Below, one piece after another: positions 30,964 through 46,076 of a stretch of 64,000 nucleotides of DNA (the stretch's first letter is position 1; each line of letters opens with the position of its first letter). Origin of the DNA: Eledone cirrhosa (Eukaryota); contig OZ024741.1 in the NCBI GenBank assembly GCA_964016885.1, positions 184,140,001 through 184,204,000 of the forward strand, given 5' to 3'. The position numbers were made by a program, and so were the translations under genes. The notes below the pieces were generated by a model that searched no databases, was not told where the DNA came from, and saw only the letters and a program-made list of their open reading frames with translations.

Positions 30964-31166
30964 GAAGGAGCTTCTACAGGACTAGTACTGTTTGTTTCAT
31001 TCAGATGAAATCTTCAGATGAAATCTTCAGCTTCCTGAAGATTTCATCTGAATGAAACAGTACTAGTCCTGTAGAAGCTCCTTCTATAAGATAAAAAAAT
31101 TTTACTCTGCCATGTATTGAGTACCTTACTTACTGTGGTTATCCCCGACTCAACCCGGGACCTACG
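30960..31166 (+). mobile_element. Fold-back hammerhead element in (TA)n; HHR 31029-31079
   Basis: AGCTTC-CTGAAGA-TTTCatctGAAT-GAAA-CAG tactagtc CTG-TA-GAAGCT; inverted copy 30960-31017; same family as 35345-35555. Confidence 0.88.
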
Positions 31167-31805
31167 TATATATATATATATATATATAAATTTTAGTACA
31201 GCATTAACGAAGCTCTAGAATACGGCCATGCTAACAAATGCAGAATCGATCTGTAGCTTTAGCACTCGGATGGGGAAAAAAGAACCCCAGAGTAATAACA
31301 ATACGTTCAGACAGCTTAGCAAATCAGATATAGCGGTCGGCAGTCCGGCCGCATCACTAGAGCAACGAAAATACAGGACCCAGGAAAAGAATATATATAA
31401 ACATATTGTTAAATATATATAAAAAAAAATAAAAAGAATTGAGGTACTAAAACATTCATAGTTGAAGCATGGTCATCACTTTGTTTTGCTTCCGGTTCTA
31501 TATAATATAGTACAATATCAAGTCACTTTGAATACTTTATCTCACCAATCTTAGATTGAAACCAAACAGGGCTTCAATAAAACAGAATTTCCGCTATTGA
31601 TTGAAGAAAGCTTTGATATGTTTTATCTCTTAATCTTTGCGTTCAGTCATTAAAATGTCGCTCTATAAAGATTCATAGTGACAATTGCATTGCTCAAAAC
31701 ATACAAGCACACGCATCGTAATAAAATGCTAAGTATGTACATATGATTGAATAATGCAATATGTATATATTTATATGTACATATATATATATATATATAT
31801 ATATT

Positions 31806-31882
<77 letters not shown>

Positions 31883-32055
31883 TTGTATATATATATATAT
31901 ATATATATACGTGTGTGTGTGTGTATATACACATACATACATATTTATATATATATTATATGTTATATATATGTATATACATATATATATATGTGTGTGT
32001 GTATGTGTGTATGTGTGCGTGCGTGTCCGTATGTGTGCGCGCGTGTCCCTATGTC

Positions 32056-32112
<57 letters not shown>

Positions 32113-32536
32113 ACTAATATGCATTATTTCTTAGTCATTGTTAGCAATAAAAGTATCCTCGTTTCAGTTATCAATATTTCCCAATATCAAACCGGAAATC
32201 CGGTGGAAATGTGAAGAGGTGATGTGGAGCCCTCTATCAGAGAGTGTCATAAAAACAGCGTATAATCGTCCTTTTGATGTCTTATCATTAATCTCTGTTT
32301 TCGACACATTTGTAGATATATAAAAACAACCATTTAGCAATTGTCATGCACGTATATACTCTCATCCAGCCAACCATCCATCCATCTATCCATCTATCCA
32401 TATACCCATACATACATACATACATACATACATACATACATACATACATACATACATACATACATACATGCATACATGCATACATACATACATACATACA
32501 TACATACATACATACATACATACATACATACATACA

Positions 32537-33145
32537 TGGTGGCTGCCAACTCGTTTTCGAGTACGGCCACTACTTTATATCCATGTAAGAGAACCCCTAC
32601 TGATGCGCTGAACAAGTGTGACTTTACAGTCCAGCCAGCGACTCGAAAACTCTGGTACAAACACTACACTTGTGACAATTATTGACACATAGTGCTGCGC
32701 CCATTGTACCCTGTGACGACAAGTGCAGAGAGATCTCCAGATATAAAGCAATGCCTGTGCCGTGAAGCTTTTATAGTGAGCAAAGGCACTGCACGAAGCC
32801 AGTCCCACTCTCTTAACCAAGATGATATTTACCAAAAAGAAGAACATGTCAACATCATTGGATACCATCAGAGTTGCAGGTGTTATATCAGAGTTTTCCT
32901 TCTCCTAGAATTCTGCCTTGACAAAGGCTAAGGGGTCATCTCTCCCGGTGATTTTGGATGGCTATTGACTCTTAAGAGCTCATTTGCCCTTTGACAGGTT
33001 TTGTTTTTAGTCCTGCAGGATGTCCAAAGTCACCCTCCTCACCGAGAAACCTTGGTGGGGTTGCCAGTTTAGTCGCCAACGACCCGACCATGAGACAGTT
33101 TGTACTGGGATACATGTTACCAGTAGCACCAACTGGTGACCTGAC
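32537..33145 (-). mobile_element. Second copy of the bipartite RTE-derived element
   Basis: Reverse complement of 10765-11373 with the same ends, inserted in (TACA)n. Confidence 0.8.
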
Positions 33146-33182
33146 ATACATACATACATACATACATACATACATACATACA

Positions 33183-33213
<31 letters not shown>

Positions 33214-33265
33214 GCATGCAATCATACATATATACATTCATTCATACATAGATACATACATACAC

Positions 33266-33467
33266 AATTGTTTCTACTTTAGCCAAAAGGCCAGCAATTA
33301 TCCCAGTGCATTACGGGTACTTTACTTTATCGACCCCGTAAGGATGAAAGGCAAAGTTAACCTCGGCGTGGATTCGAACTCAGAATGTCAAGGGCCGTAA
33401 CTCTATGCGTCAAAGCATGGTGTCCGACCCTTTACCGATACTGCCAATTCACCGCCCTTAATATACA

Positions 33468-33498
<31 letters not shown>

Positions 33499-33656
33499 GC
33501 ATGCAATCATACATATATACATTCATTCATACATAGATACATACATACATACATAATTGTTTTTAATTTTGGCACAAGGCCAGCAATTATCCCAGTGCAT
33601 TACTGGTACTTTACTTTATCGACCCCGTAAGGATGAAAGGCAAAGTAAACCTCGGC
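33266..33656 (-). mobile_element. SINE plus truncated SINE in a local tandem duplication
   Basis: SINE body 33266-33460 and 33556-33656; the preceding TATGCATGCAATCATAC.. flank is duplicated. Confidence 0.8.
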
Positions 33657-33804
33657 ACATAATGCAGAGATAATACATATATAGATCCATATATAGCATT
33701 TACAAACAGTCATATAGTAAAAAATGCACAGATGTAAACAGAAAATATTACACGTATATGTCTATGAATATGAACTTTTTCTCTCTTTCTCTACATCTCG
33801 TTCA

Positions 33805-33959
33805 CGAACGTGTGAATATATCTGATGGATATGTATGCATGTTTATATATGCGTATATGTATGCACATATATACGCATATATATGTGCGTATATATATGT
33901 ATGCGTATATATACGCATATATATGTATACATATATAGATACACATACACACGCATATA

Positions 33960-34013
<54 letters not shown>

Positions 34014-34214
34014 CATATATATACATATATATACGTATATATACATATATATATACATATATATATACATATATATATATACATATATATACATATATAT
34101 ATATGCGTGTGTATGTGTATCTATATATGTATACATATATATGCGTATATATGTGCATACATATACGCATATATAAACATGCATACAGATCGATCAGATA
34201 TATTCACACGTTCG
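33805..34214. repeat. Palindrome enclosing AT microsatellite
   Basis: CGAACGTGTGAATATATCTGAT.. / ..ATCAGATATATTCACACGTTCG. Confidence 0.85.
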
Positions 34215-34217
34215 CAC

Positions 34218-34340
<123 letters not shown>

Positions 34341-34697
34341 TATATATATATATATATTATGTATGTCATGTTCCATGAATTCGTGTGCACTCAACCAATT
34401 ATCAAAGATATTATATTTTCAAGGCTTACTGCTAGTATAGCTGCAGCAGTAGAGAAAAGTGGATTTGAGTAATTGTTATATTTGTTATGATTATATTATT
34501 GTTGTATACAACGGTAATTATAGTTTCGGCGGTATCTTTTGTCTTCTGTATTGTTTGTTGTTTTGCGTTACTTCATGGTTACGTGACTTTGTGCGCTGTC
34601 TGGCAATATATTATATTTTTCTGTTATATTGCGATATCAACATTTATGGCGGTTGATCTTTCAATATATTTATATATATAATATGTATTTGTGTGTG

Positions 34698-34798
<101 letters not shown>

Positions 34799-35344
34799 CT
34801 GTGTATGTGTACGTATGAATATATGTTTATATTTATATATGATTGCACTGGTCTGAATTTTTTCGCCTTTATGTTTTGTTACTAATCAAAGTAGATGCAT
34901 CTATTTAATTTATAAAGTCTTTGTGAATTTGTGTTAAATTCTTTGTTCTTATTTAAGAGGATGTGATGTGGGTGACGGTTTTGTTTGTACAAAATTATAC
35001 AAATAAAAATACTCAATACAAACTCACGTTATCCGTAGTTGACGATAGTTCATTTATATATATATATAAATATATATATATATATGTGTGCGTGTGTCTG
35101 TGTGTGTATATGTGTGAAAATGTAACTCCTGCTGAAGTTGTATCGGTGAAGTTTTGATATACGCCTTTTCTAAACGCCGGCGAAATTCTTCTATCACCAG
35201 GTCTAATCACAGCCACTGTCTTTGACAGAAAGTGAGAAAGCGATAGAGAAGAAGCTAGAAATTGATATAGAGAAAGAATCGTCCCCAATACTTGACTGGT
35301 TTGTGTGCATATATTTTTGTATTTATATTTATATATATATACAT

Positions 35345-35555
35345 AGGTAAGTTATTCCGGGTTGAATCGGAGGTAACCAGAGTAAGTAAGGTACTCAATA
35401 CATAGCAGAGTATGACATTTTTAATATAGATGAGATTCTACAGGACTAGAACTGTTTCATTCTTGAGAAATCATCAGGAATCTGATGAGATTCCTGATGA
35501 TTTCTCAAGAATGAAACAGTTCTAGTCCTCCTGTAGAATCTCATCTATATTAAAA
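35345..35555 (-). mobile_element. Fold-back element with two head-to-head complete hammerheads
   Basis: Plus HHR: ATGAGATTC-CTGATGA(35494)-TTTCtcaaGAAT-GAAA-CAG..CTG-TA-GAATCTCAT. Mirror copy on minus with TCATCAG at 35471; arms 35419-35483 / 35488-35555. Confidence 0.9.
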
Positions 35556-35641
35556 CTTATATATATATATATATACAAATCTCTCTTTCTCTCTCTCTCT
35601 CTCTGTATATATATACTTACATATTTATCAATGTATATATT

Positions 35642-35686
<45 letters not shown>

Positions 35687-35689
35687 GCC

Positions 35690-35800
<111 letters not shown>

Positions 35801-36235
35801 CGTGTGTTTGTGCATGCTTGTAAACGTGAGTTTATCGTTGGAAAAGTTCACACGCTGACTAAGTTTCACAGCCACTTTCTTTCAGAGAATGTGAGAAAAA
35901 GATAGAGAAGAAGCAAGAAATTGATGTACAGAAAGAATCGACTCCAATATTTGACTGGTATATATGTATCTACCTTGGGAGGCAAAGATGACCTGCTTCG
36001 GATTTGAACTCAGAGCGGAGAGAGATAGAACGAATACTGCAAAACATCGTATCCTGCATTTCAAATCTCACTCGAATCACAAGGTACTCACTTTAAAAGA
36101 CATATTAAATTATTCAGATTGAACACCTTTGATTGTAGATTTACTTGATACCGGATGATTTACTGGTAAGCAACAACTGCAGCAAAATCACTAACAATTC
36201 TTAAACCCTGTAGTTGCTTGAACCTTTATTAACAT

Positions 36236-36613
36236 CTAGCCGAATTACCCGCGCCTTGCTGCGTTTCACACATTCTTTTCGTAAGAAAATGATGATTGAT
36301 TTTAAATCAGTGATATAATTTATGGAGAAAAACTCCATTAGGGTGCCTTAATATTATTGAAATTTGCTGAAAGTTTGTGAATATGCATAATATCTAGTCA
36401 TTTATGGTTCAAATTTCATATAAATCAGAGGGAAAATGTTTTCAGCGGGGTTTTGTGCCACGGGGAACACTTTCATTAAAATGAAATATACTTATCCAAG
36501 TACCCTGGGCAATATAGTTTCAGAATATATAGGGTTATGGGGGTCTAACTCCAAAACCAAAGGAGGAGTTCGTGAACAAACAAACAGACAGGAACTACAA
36601 CTATATATATAGA
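36236..36613 (-). mobile_element. Non-autonomous Helitron
   Basis: Minus strand 5' TCTATATATATAG..CTGTCTGTTTGTTTG; 3' GC-rich hairpin GCAGCAAGGCGCGGG..GGCTAG. Confidence 0.65.
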
Positions 36614-36996
36614 GGAGCAAGTCTGTTTCAAATAAGACCATGTAATATTAAAGAAGAAACAATCTCGTAGATATTGATTAGTGTAATTCTAAATATACTA
36701 TATTTAAAGACGCTACTATTGGGGCTGCTGAGGTGGGAACAAGATCAAAGGTCTGTTTGATAAGCATTAAAAACAGCAGAAATACAACAGCAACAATAGT
36801 AAAAAGACAAACAAACAACACTGATATAATCAAAGACGATGACAACAACTACAACAATATGACTTAATCGATTTGGAATCAAATGAAAGACATAGGCCAA
36901 ACACCTTAACGGAAGTGTAAAGACATAAAATGTACTTGTGAATAGACAAAAGAATGAACGTGAAAACCTTACTGAAAATAAAGATAAATATGTATA

Positions 36997-37062
<66 letters not shown>

Positions 37063-37933
37063 TTAAAAACAATGAAGTAAAAAAATCAAGTCATTAGTGA
37101 TATACTTCACTGCTTTACGATCGTTTCTAGGTGATGATAATACATTGTAGCTATACTCCGTTATTGATCTATGTAAGGTTAGTTACAAAATATCAGATAA
37201 AGAAAATATTTACTTACATGCATATCACCAGCTGTTTTCAAAAGCAATACTAATTTTATTCAGAATTAGTAGTATGTTAGTATCTTGTCCTTATTTGGAT
37301 GTGGTTGAAGAACTAACCAATCAAATTCTTTTTTTCATATGGTGTTAAGATGAGAAGTAATTCACTTTAGTTGAGGTCATGACCCTTTGAAAGGAATGGT
37401 TGAATGCTGTTAATAGTAGAATTGGCATAAAAATCTATTAGGAGGAAAGGGATTGTCAAACTGATAGTTGAATGTATCTGGTATAGTGAAGTTTAAAAGC
37501 AATGTAAAAATAAATGGTGATTAGTGTTGTATTGAGATTTTAGGTGAATATAAATTAAGGTTATGGCTAGGAAAGATAGTATATTAAAAGATGAAAATTA
37601 TAATAAGATAATGAAATACAGTAATGCGATAATATACAACATAACCAACACAATATAGTACGGTGTGGTAAATTGCACTTAGTATAATACAGAATATGAT
37701 ACGCTCTAAAATACTATCAAGTATGTTTATGTATAAATAATCAAACTCAGATAAATACATGTTGGCATAGTTAAAACACATAAATTTCATAGATTACAAA
37801 GTGCATATATCCACACTATATATAGAGAGGTACAGTTATATTGATATCCAACCAAAAATATACATAGGCACAAATAGATGTAAACCTAAATACACATTTA
37901 CACATGTGCACATAATCATATGCACATATATCC

Positions 37934-37974
<41 letters not shown>

Positions 37975-37978
<4 letters not shown>

Positions 37979-38130
37979 ACTAAAGGAATTTTAGCCTGAT
38001 AATGGGGTTTAGAACCCTCAGATAAATGGAAAAAGATGAGTATTGACATACATGTACGTCAATACTCATCTTTCTCCATTTATCTGAGGGTTCTAAACCC
38101 CATTATCAGGCTAACATTCCTTTAGTCAAA
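37975..38130. repeat. Near-perfect palindrome (~73 bp arms) next to (TA)n
   Basis: TTTGACTAAAGGAAT..GAGTATTGAC / GTCAATACTC..ATTCCTTTAGTCAAA. Confidence 0.92.
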
Positions 38131-38239
38131 AATACAGTGAAAGCTATTCTATTTTCTAATTATATTATATAAACTGGTACATGTATATACTGGTACTGGT
38201 ATATGGTTATTGTGCATACGTGTATTTTGCGTCTGTGTG

Positions 38240-39199
<960 letters not shown>

Positions 39200-39272
39200 G
39201 GTGTGGGATGCTTAAAGCGTCCGTAAGCGGTAGGCCGTTCGAGCACATGATGCTTTTACAGAGCAGAGTATG

Positions 39273-39505
39273 ATATCACATAAGAAACGGAGAATCAGTG
39301 TTGCGACGAATAAATTTATTAGACATATTACAATCGTTTCTCTGGCAACCAGCTCGAGGCACGATCGATGTAATGATCGAACCCGACTCTGAAATCGTCT
39401 CGATTCAACGAAACTGTGCTTCGTGCCTCGAGCTGGTCACCAGAGAAACGATTGTAATACGTCTAATAAATGTATTCGTCGCAACACTGATTCTCCGTTT
39501 CTTAT

Positions 39506-39512
<7 letters not shown>
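39273..39512. repeat. Palindrome (~92 bp arms) containing the 3' half of a hammerhead
   Basis: Arms 39273-39364 / 39421-39512; CTGGtcaCCAG-A-GAAA(39445)-CG..CG-TC(39463); (TA)n on both sides. Confidence 0.85.
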
Positions 39513-39561
<49 letters not shown>

Positions 39562-39839
39562 TATATCTACATATATATATACATATACACACACACACAC
39601 AGGGTTTCCCAAAGAGTGTATACACACATTGATTACCTGCACAGGCAATATTTATTAGAAATATATTGTCTAATGATGCCGTGAGTGTAGAGTTAAAACT
39701 ATAGAGTAACAAGACTCTATAGTTAGCCATATTAAAGAATATGTTAACTTCCGTATATACATACTCATTTTCGTGTTCGTCAATATCATACGCATATATA
39801 TAATTAAAATACGTATTATATATATACGTAATATATATA

Positions 39840-40113
39840 TAATTGTTTCTAACCTCGGCGGGATTTGAACTCGTATCATAAAGGGAGGTAACTCTATGCT
39901 TCAAAGCATATATATATATATATATAATTGTTTCTACTTTAGGCACAAGGCCAGCAATTCACCAGTGCATTACTGGTACTTTATTTTATCGACCCCGTAA
40001 GGATAAAAGGCAAATTCAACCTCGGCGGGATTTGAACTCAGATCGTAAAGGGACGTAACTATGCTGGAAAGTATGGCGTCCGACCCTCTACCGATACTGC
40101 CAATCCACCGCCC
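39840..40113 (-). mobile_element. SINE fragment plus full-length SINE
   Basis: Complete unit 39926-40113 with A/B boxes. Confidence 0.85.
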
Positions 40114-40566
40114 TAAGAATATATATATAATATAACATAACAAGATATTACTATGACTCATCTTTATAGTTAAAAAGGTAGCAGCCGTTGTATTCTGATA
40201 AGAAGCCAACAGACTGTAAAATACGTAATGGTAATCTATGTTTTTCTGTGAACAAAGAAAATAACAACGCCTGTTTATTACTGTGACATTTCACAATGAG
40301 TCTTCAAATTAAATTAAAGTCCGAGTTATCGCTACATTAAATTGTATTCTGTATATGTCTGCCTGTCTTTCTGTCAGTTTGTATGTTTGCATGTACGTAT
40401 GCATTCATGTACATACATACATATATTTATTTTTATTTACATATACATACATATAAGCATATATATGTTTATATATATATATATATATCTGTGTGTGTGT
40501 GTGTGTATTTGTATGCATATATACACTTACATATATTGTATATCTCTCTCTCTGTATATTTATACT

Positions 40567-40666
<100 letters not shown>

Positions 40667-41410
40667 GGTCTGGGTGTATGTGTGTGTGTGTGTGTGTGCG
40701 TGTGTATGCGTGTGTTTGTGCACGCATGTAAACGTGAATTTATCGTTGGAAAAATTCACACCCTGACAAAGTTTTAGTTGATATTTCTATTTCTATTGAG
40801 AAAAGAAAATTAATTTCACACTTTATAACGTTCGTTGCATCAAACAAAGTAAATAGCAATATAAAAAAGTTGAATGTTCTTTGTATGAAAGTAGAAAGCA
40901 AATAAATATGTAAATGAAGGATGTGTTTTAGTTTAGCCTGCCGCCATTTTAACACCTTCGCTATGGAAGCATTCAACAAATATTTTATTATCATTTCAAT
41001 CTGATGACAGCTTGTATGTATATATGTGTGGATATATGCTTAAGTGTACATACTTACATAAATACATGCATACATACAAACCCATGAATATATATTTATA
41101 TACATTCATATACATAAACACATATTTTACATATACATACTTATACTCACAAGCTAACACACGTGCACACATATATATATGTACTAGCGTAGAGCTTTTT
41201 TTATATTGTAAAGTACTTATATATTTTGCGTATGTGTATGAGGAGTGGTATGTCAGTGTTTGTGTGTGTGTATATATATATATTCATATAATCCATGTGC
41301 ATACATACACACACGTATATATATGTAGATCCTTTTATATTGTTGCTATCACATTCTACCTATCTACCGATCTCTTTCTGCCCCTCTTCTTCTGCATATA
41401 TTCTGCATAT

Positions 41411-41574
<164 letters not shown>

Positions 41575-42437
41575 TGAGAGAGAGAGAGAGAGAGAGAGGG
41601 ATTTGCATCTATACATATATACGTTCATATTTACATACATACCTACCATTCATGCATGCATGCATCGATCCACCCACCCATACATACATACATACATACA
41701 TACATAGATACATACATACATTCATACATACATACATACATACATACATACATACATACATACATACATACATACATACATTCATACACGTATATCTTTA
41801 TTATATATCTTCATCTACTTACTGGCTTTGTTATCCTGTTATCAAACTTCTTTCGTACAAACCTTCGTCGTTCTATATATCTATCTATTGAGTATCCTCT
41901 TTACTCACCCATATTTCACCAATCAATTGACATATCTACGTTGCATTCATTTTTTTTTTTTTTACCTCCTCATTATTTTCGTTCGTGACTGTATCTGAAT
42001 GTCTTTCTGAAAGACTAAGCTTCCCTATACATTATTAATATCCTGCTTATCAAACGCATCTATCCTCTTGTTTGATGTTCTAATTTTATGCGTTGTTTTA
42101 TTATCACTGTGCGCATTAAAAAAAAATATATTTAATTACATTCACTTTTTACTACACTTCATTTCTGTTGCTTGTTTCCTAGAAATTAACCCCATTCAAA
42201 ATATTGCATCGATATTCCATATACACACACATATATAAAGATGTGTATATCTAGTACCAGCTATCTTGTAGTAAATAGGATATATTTTCTTTATGTGATA
42301 TATTTCAATTCTACTCGTTTGTTTAATTCCCATTGATAAAATCACAAAGCACTGATTACTTGTTGAGTTGTTTTCCAATATCAGGGATTAAATATCATGC
42401 TCAGATGAACTAGAATTACACTGGCTAGATTTGGATG

Positions 42438-42508
<71 letters not shown>

Positions 42509-42636
42509 TTAGGGTAAACATTGATGCAATTCAAATCAAGCACTCAACGTACTTATTCCACATAGGGGTGACGGAGTAAATATCGAATAAGGAAAAGCGA
42601 AGAAGTTTCATATGTTCAAGTCCTTTAATAATAATT

Positions 42637-42708
42637 CTGTGATATATATTTCCATGGCGAAAGTGGCCACACTGTTCTGTGGGCCAGTCTCGCGACATCG
42701 TCAGACAG
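42637..42708 (-). ncRNA. Type I hammerhead ribozyme motif
   Basis: Minus strand CTGT-CTGACGA-[GCGA..TGGCC(C)ACA gaacag TGTGGCCA..TCGC]-GAAA-TATATA-TC-ACAG; palindromic stem III, AUC triplet. Confidence 0.8.
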
Positions 42709-43211
42709 CTTGTTACATAATAAGGTCATGTTTCCGAGGCAATCCAAATTGAATCGACATTGGAACGGACGAAGTGTGTGCTTTTGGGTTCTTCATCCGT
42801 TCCCCTGTGAGTACCAATTCACCCCCACTGGTCTGCGCAGGCGCAGGTCCAGGGGGAAGTTGAACTTCGCTTAGTCAGTTCCCTCTCTCAGCCAGACAAT
42901 AACCCATTCAAGCCTGCACCATAGTTTACTGCTAGCCATCCCGTCTGTGGCAGTCAGCCGAAAGCCAGTGTGGATGGGAGAGTGTTAGTATTTATAGGTC
43001 TCTTTACTACCTCTCACAATCATGGAGAGTATAACTGACCATCAATCCCTAAGAGGATATATTTAATTCTATGTATCATTGTTTCATATTGGAAGTTATA
43101 AGTGAAATTAGAACTAAAAATTACAATTTAAAATCGCAAATCCTAAATCAAGTATCAGAAATTATAAATTTAAAAAAAAACGACTTGAACATCTGAAACT
43201 ACTTCGCTTTT

Positions 43212-43370
<159 letters not shown>

Positions 43371-43397
43371 TATAATATATACATATATATATATATA

Positions 43398-44890
43398 GTC
43401 TAGGGCGAGTAAAATTCCCGAGATCCATGGACGAGTTCTCTCTAGCGGTCTCTGTCCCTCATTATCACTGCCATGTCCTGCGTTTCCAACAGACCGGTGT
43501 CTGTCCTTAGGGAATCAACATACGTTAACCTTGGTCTTCCTCTTCCAGTGTGTACATGTAGGGGCTCCCACAGGACCACTGAGTGCAATGTCAACTCTGG
43601 ATGTCGGTGAGCATGCCCAGCTAACCTCAGTCTTCTCTGTGTCACTTTTGAGCTGACTTTTGGGAGGCTCCAATACAGCTCTGAGTTTTTCATCCTCAGT
43701 GTATACTGATTAATGTTCAGAGCCATCCTCAGCATTCTCGTGTAGCACACATCCACAATCTGAGTGAGTTTCTTGGACAGTGTCCAAGTCTCAGACCCGT
43801 ACAGCAGTACAGACTTTACTACAGCAATGAAGAGGCGGATTTTCAGGTCTTTACGAGGGGCCGACTTCCACACCGATCTCAACCTGTAGCACGCCGCCCA
43901 GGCTTTGCTCTTCCTCTCAACCACATCATCTTCCGTATTCCCAATCTTTGCTCCTAAATACAGGAAGTCCTCAACCAATTCTAGCGGCTTCCCGCCTACA
44001 TTAGTGATCCCCTCTGGCTTCTCAACATTCTCCACCAGATATTTTGTTTTAGTCTCATTCATTCTCAGCCCCACACTCATCGACATAGTCTCAACCTCCC
44101 TCATCAAATCCTCTGCCTCTTCACTGTATTTGTCACCAAAATTATGTCGTTGGCAAATTTGGCATCCAATATCCTTTTCGCCTTAACTCTCCTGCTCTGA
44201 GCCGGTGCTACAGTAAAGCCAGAGTCCTGGTGTTTCTCCAGTGCAAGGCGCATACAATAGTCCACTACGATGATGAAAAGGTAGGGAGCCAATGTATCAC
44301 CTGGAGCACTCCAGCCAGTATCTCAAAGAACTCTGTCATCCCATCAGGTGTAATGACTTGGGCTTTGGTGTTGGTGTAGAGCAGTGATATCAGGTCCACT
44401 ATCTTCTTGGGGATTCCATAAGCCTGTAAGATCTTCATCAGGCAGTGACGGTCCACAGAATCAAAGGCCTTCCTAAATCAATGAAAACCTTGACCGCAGG
44501 AAGACACTTTGCTCTAGCTCCCTCTAATATCATCCTCAGCATCAGGATGTTTTTAGGACCCTACTAGGAGAGCCGCGCTCCACAGCCCAGAGCACTGGGG
44601 AGATCAGGCGGCTGTTTTAAGAACTAGATATTGAAACATATCCCTTCACCAGAGAGGAGCTTCAGAGAGCCAAGAAGAAGATCAAGGAGGGCAAGGCTCA
44701 TGGAGAAGATGGAGTGGCATCAGAGGTGATAAAGAGGTGTGATTTTGATGATATCATCCTGGGGTTCTGTAACCAGACACAGGAGAAAGCAGTTGCCCCG
44801 AATCAGTGGAGGATCAGTAACATCGTCCCAGTGCCAAAGAAGGGAGATCTCTCTAACACCAACAACTACAAGGGGATCTCACTGACGTCA
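43398..44890 (-). mobile_element. RTE-clade LINE fragment with inverted 5' segment
   Basis: Minus 44550->43398: KAFDSV, GVLQ.DTLAPYLF, FANDI, LLYGSETW, RLAGHAHR, RGRPRLTYVD. Plus 44550-44890: GKAHGEDGV..PVPKKGDLSNTNNYKGISLTS. Confidence 0.88.
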
Positions 44891-46015
44891 GTTTGCAACT
44901 CGGAACGTGGAGAGGGAAACCGATGCCTTCCGATGACTGGCCATATTTGCCACATTCACCCACCTTTTATAAAATTTGCTGGGGTACAGCACCTCACTCT
45001 CCATCCTGATTCTTCTTCCAAAATGATATTTGAAAAAACGAATCAGTTGCTCGCCGGAGAGAAAGGTGTCTGACCTCAGCCTGGCACATTGAATGCGCTC
45101 AGGCGGTCACAGTCCTCCGGCAAGCGGGCGCAGCAATCAGTGGAGACTCCACTTCGACATTCGATAGAGGGATTGTACGTTACAAGGGCGACGACGTGCT
45201 CGGAGAGACTCTGGGCGTCGAAGACGATGAGCTCACCAGTCTGTTATGTAGGACTTTCCGCCCGGGACCTATGGACAACTTCCAGAGGTCCCTAGCCTGG
45301 CAGTGCTACCGAGGAGATCCACAGGCACGGACGCCCCGGCAGAGATCCTTCCAAGAGGACGTGTCCAAGATGCGCGCAGGACATTGAAACAGTCTTGCAC
45401 GCAATTGTACACTGCCCTGGCGTAACCGACCTGTGGAACTATGCAGAACAACTGCTGTCGCGTATGGGACAAATCCAGTTGACTGCTGAGTCCATAGTAA
45501 GCATCAAACCGCCAGCCTCTTTTAAAAACGAAAGAGAGGCGATTTTCCTCTGTACAGTGGCTATGGTGAAAGAGGTTATATGGTGGACGAGATTGAGAGG
45601 ACTGAGGACAGATGCCTTTCTCTCCGGACAACAATTGATTCCCTTCTTTAAGTATCACTTTAGAAGAAGAATCAGAGTGGAGAGAGGGGCACTGCAACCC
45701 AGTAAATTTACCGAAAGGTGGGTGAATGAAGCGAAAATGCCTCGAGTGATTGTGCCTTCTCTATTTATAAGCCTGTAGGTTAAAGAAGAGAGCAAAAGGA
45801 TGAAGGGAGCACTTGCACAACACGCTCCTGAAGTTGAGGGTTGTTCTATCGACGGTGTATTAAACAACCCATTTGTGGCGTCTCCCCCCTATTGGGGATT
45901 TCGATTGTTATAATTGTTTGTCTTATATTTTTTTTTACACGACTGTATGTAAAATCCTCGGCATGTGTCTTTGTATTGTCCCCTTTTCTTGTTCACCCTT
46001 GTGGAAAATAACGAA

Positions 46016-46075
<60 letters not shown>
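44891..46075 (+). mobile_element. Tx1-clade LINE 3' part with rearranged 5' junction and (ATCT)n tail
   Basis: 45079-46017 is homologous to 22050-22997; 44891-44926 matches ~21534-21570; ~44935-45082 is an inverted 3'-region piece. Confidence 0.85.

Positions 46076-46076
<1 letters not shown>

Noticed and set aside
37584-37790. ORF with NYANMYLSEFD resembling a PLE RT motif
   Set aside because: Too short, with no flanking RT motifs.
39926-40113. A/B-box sequence as a tRNA gene
   Set aside because: No cloverleaf; it is the head of a multicopy SINE.
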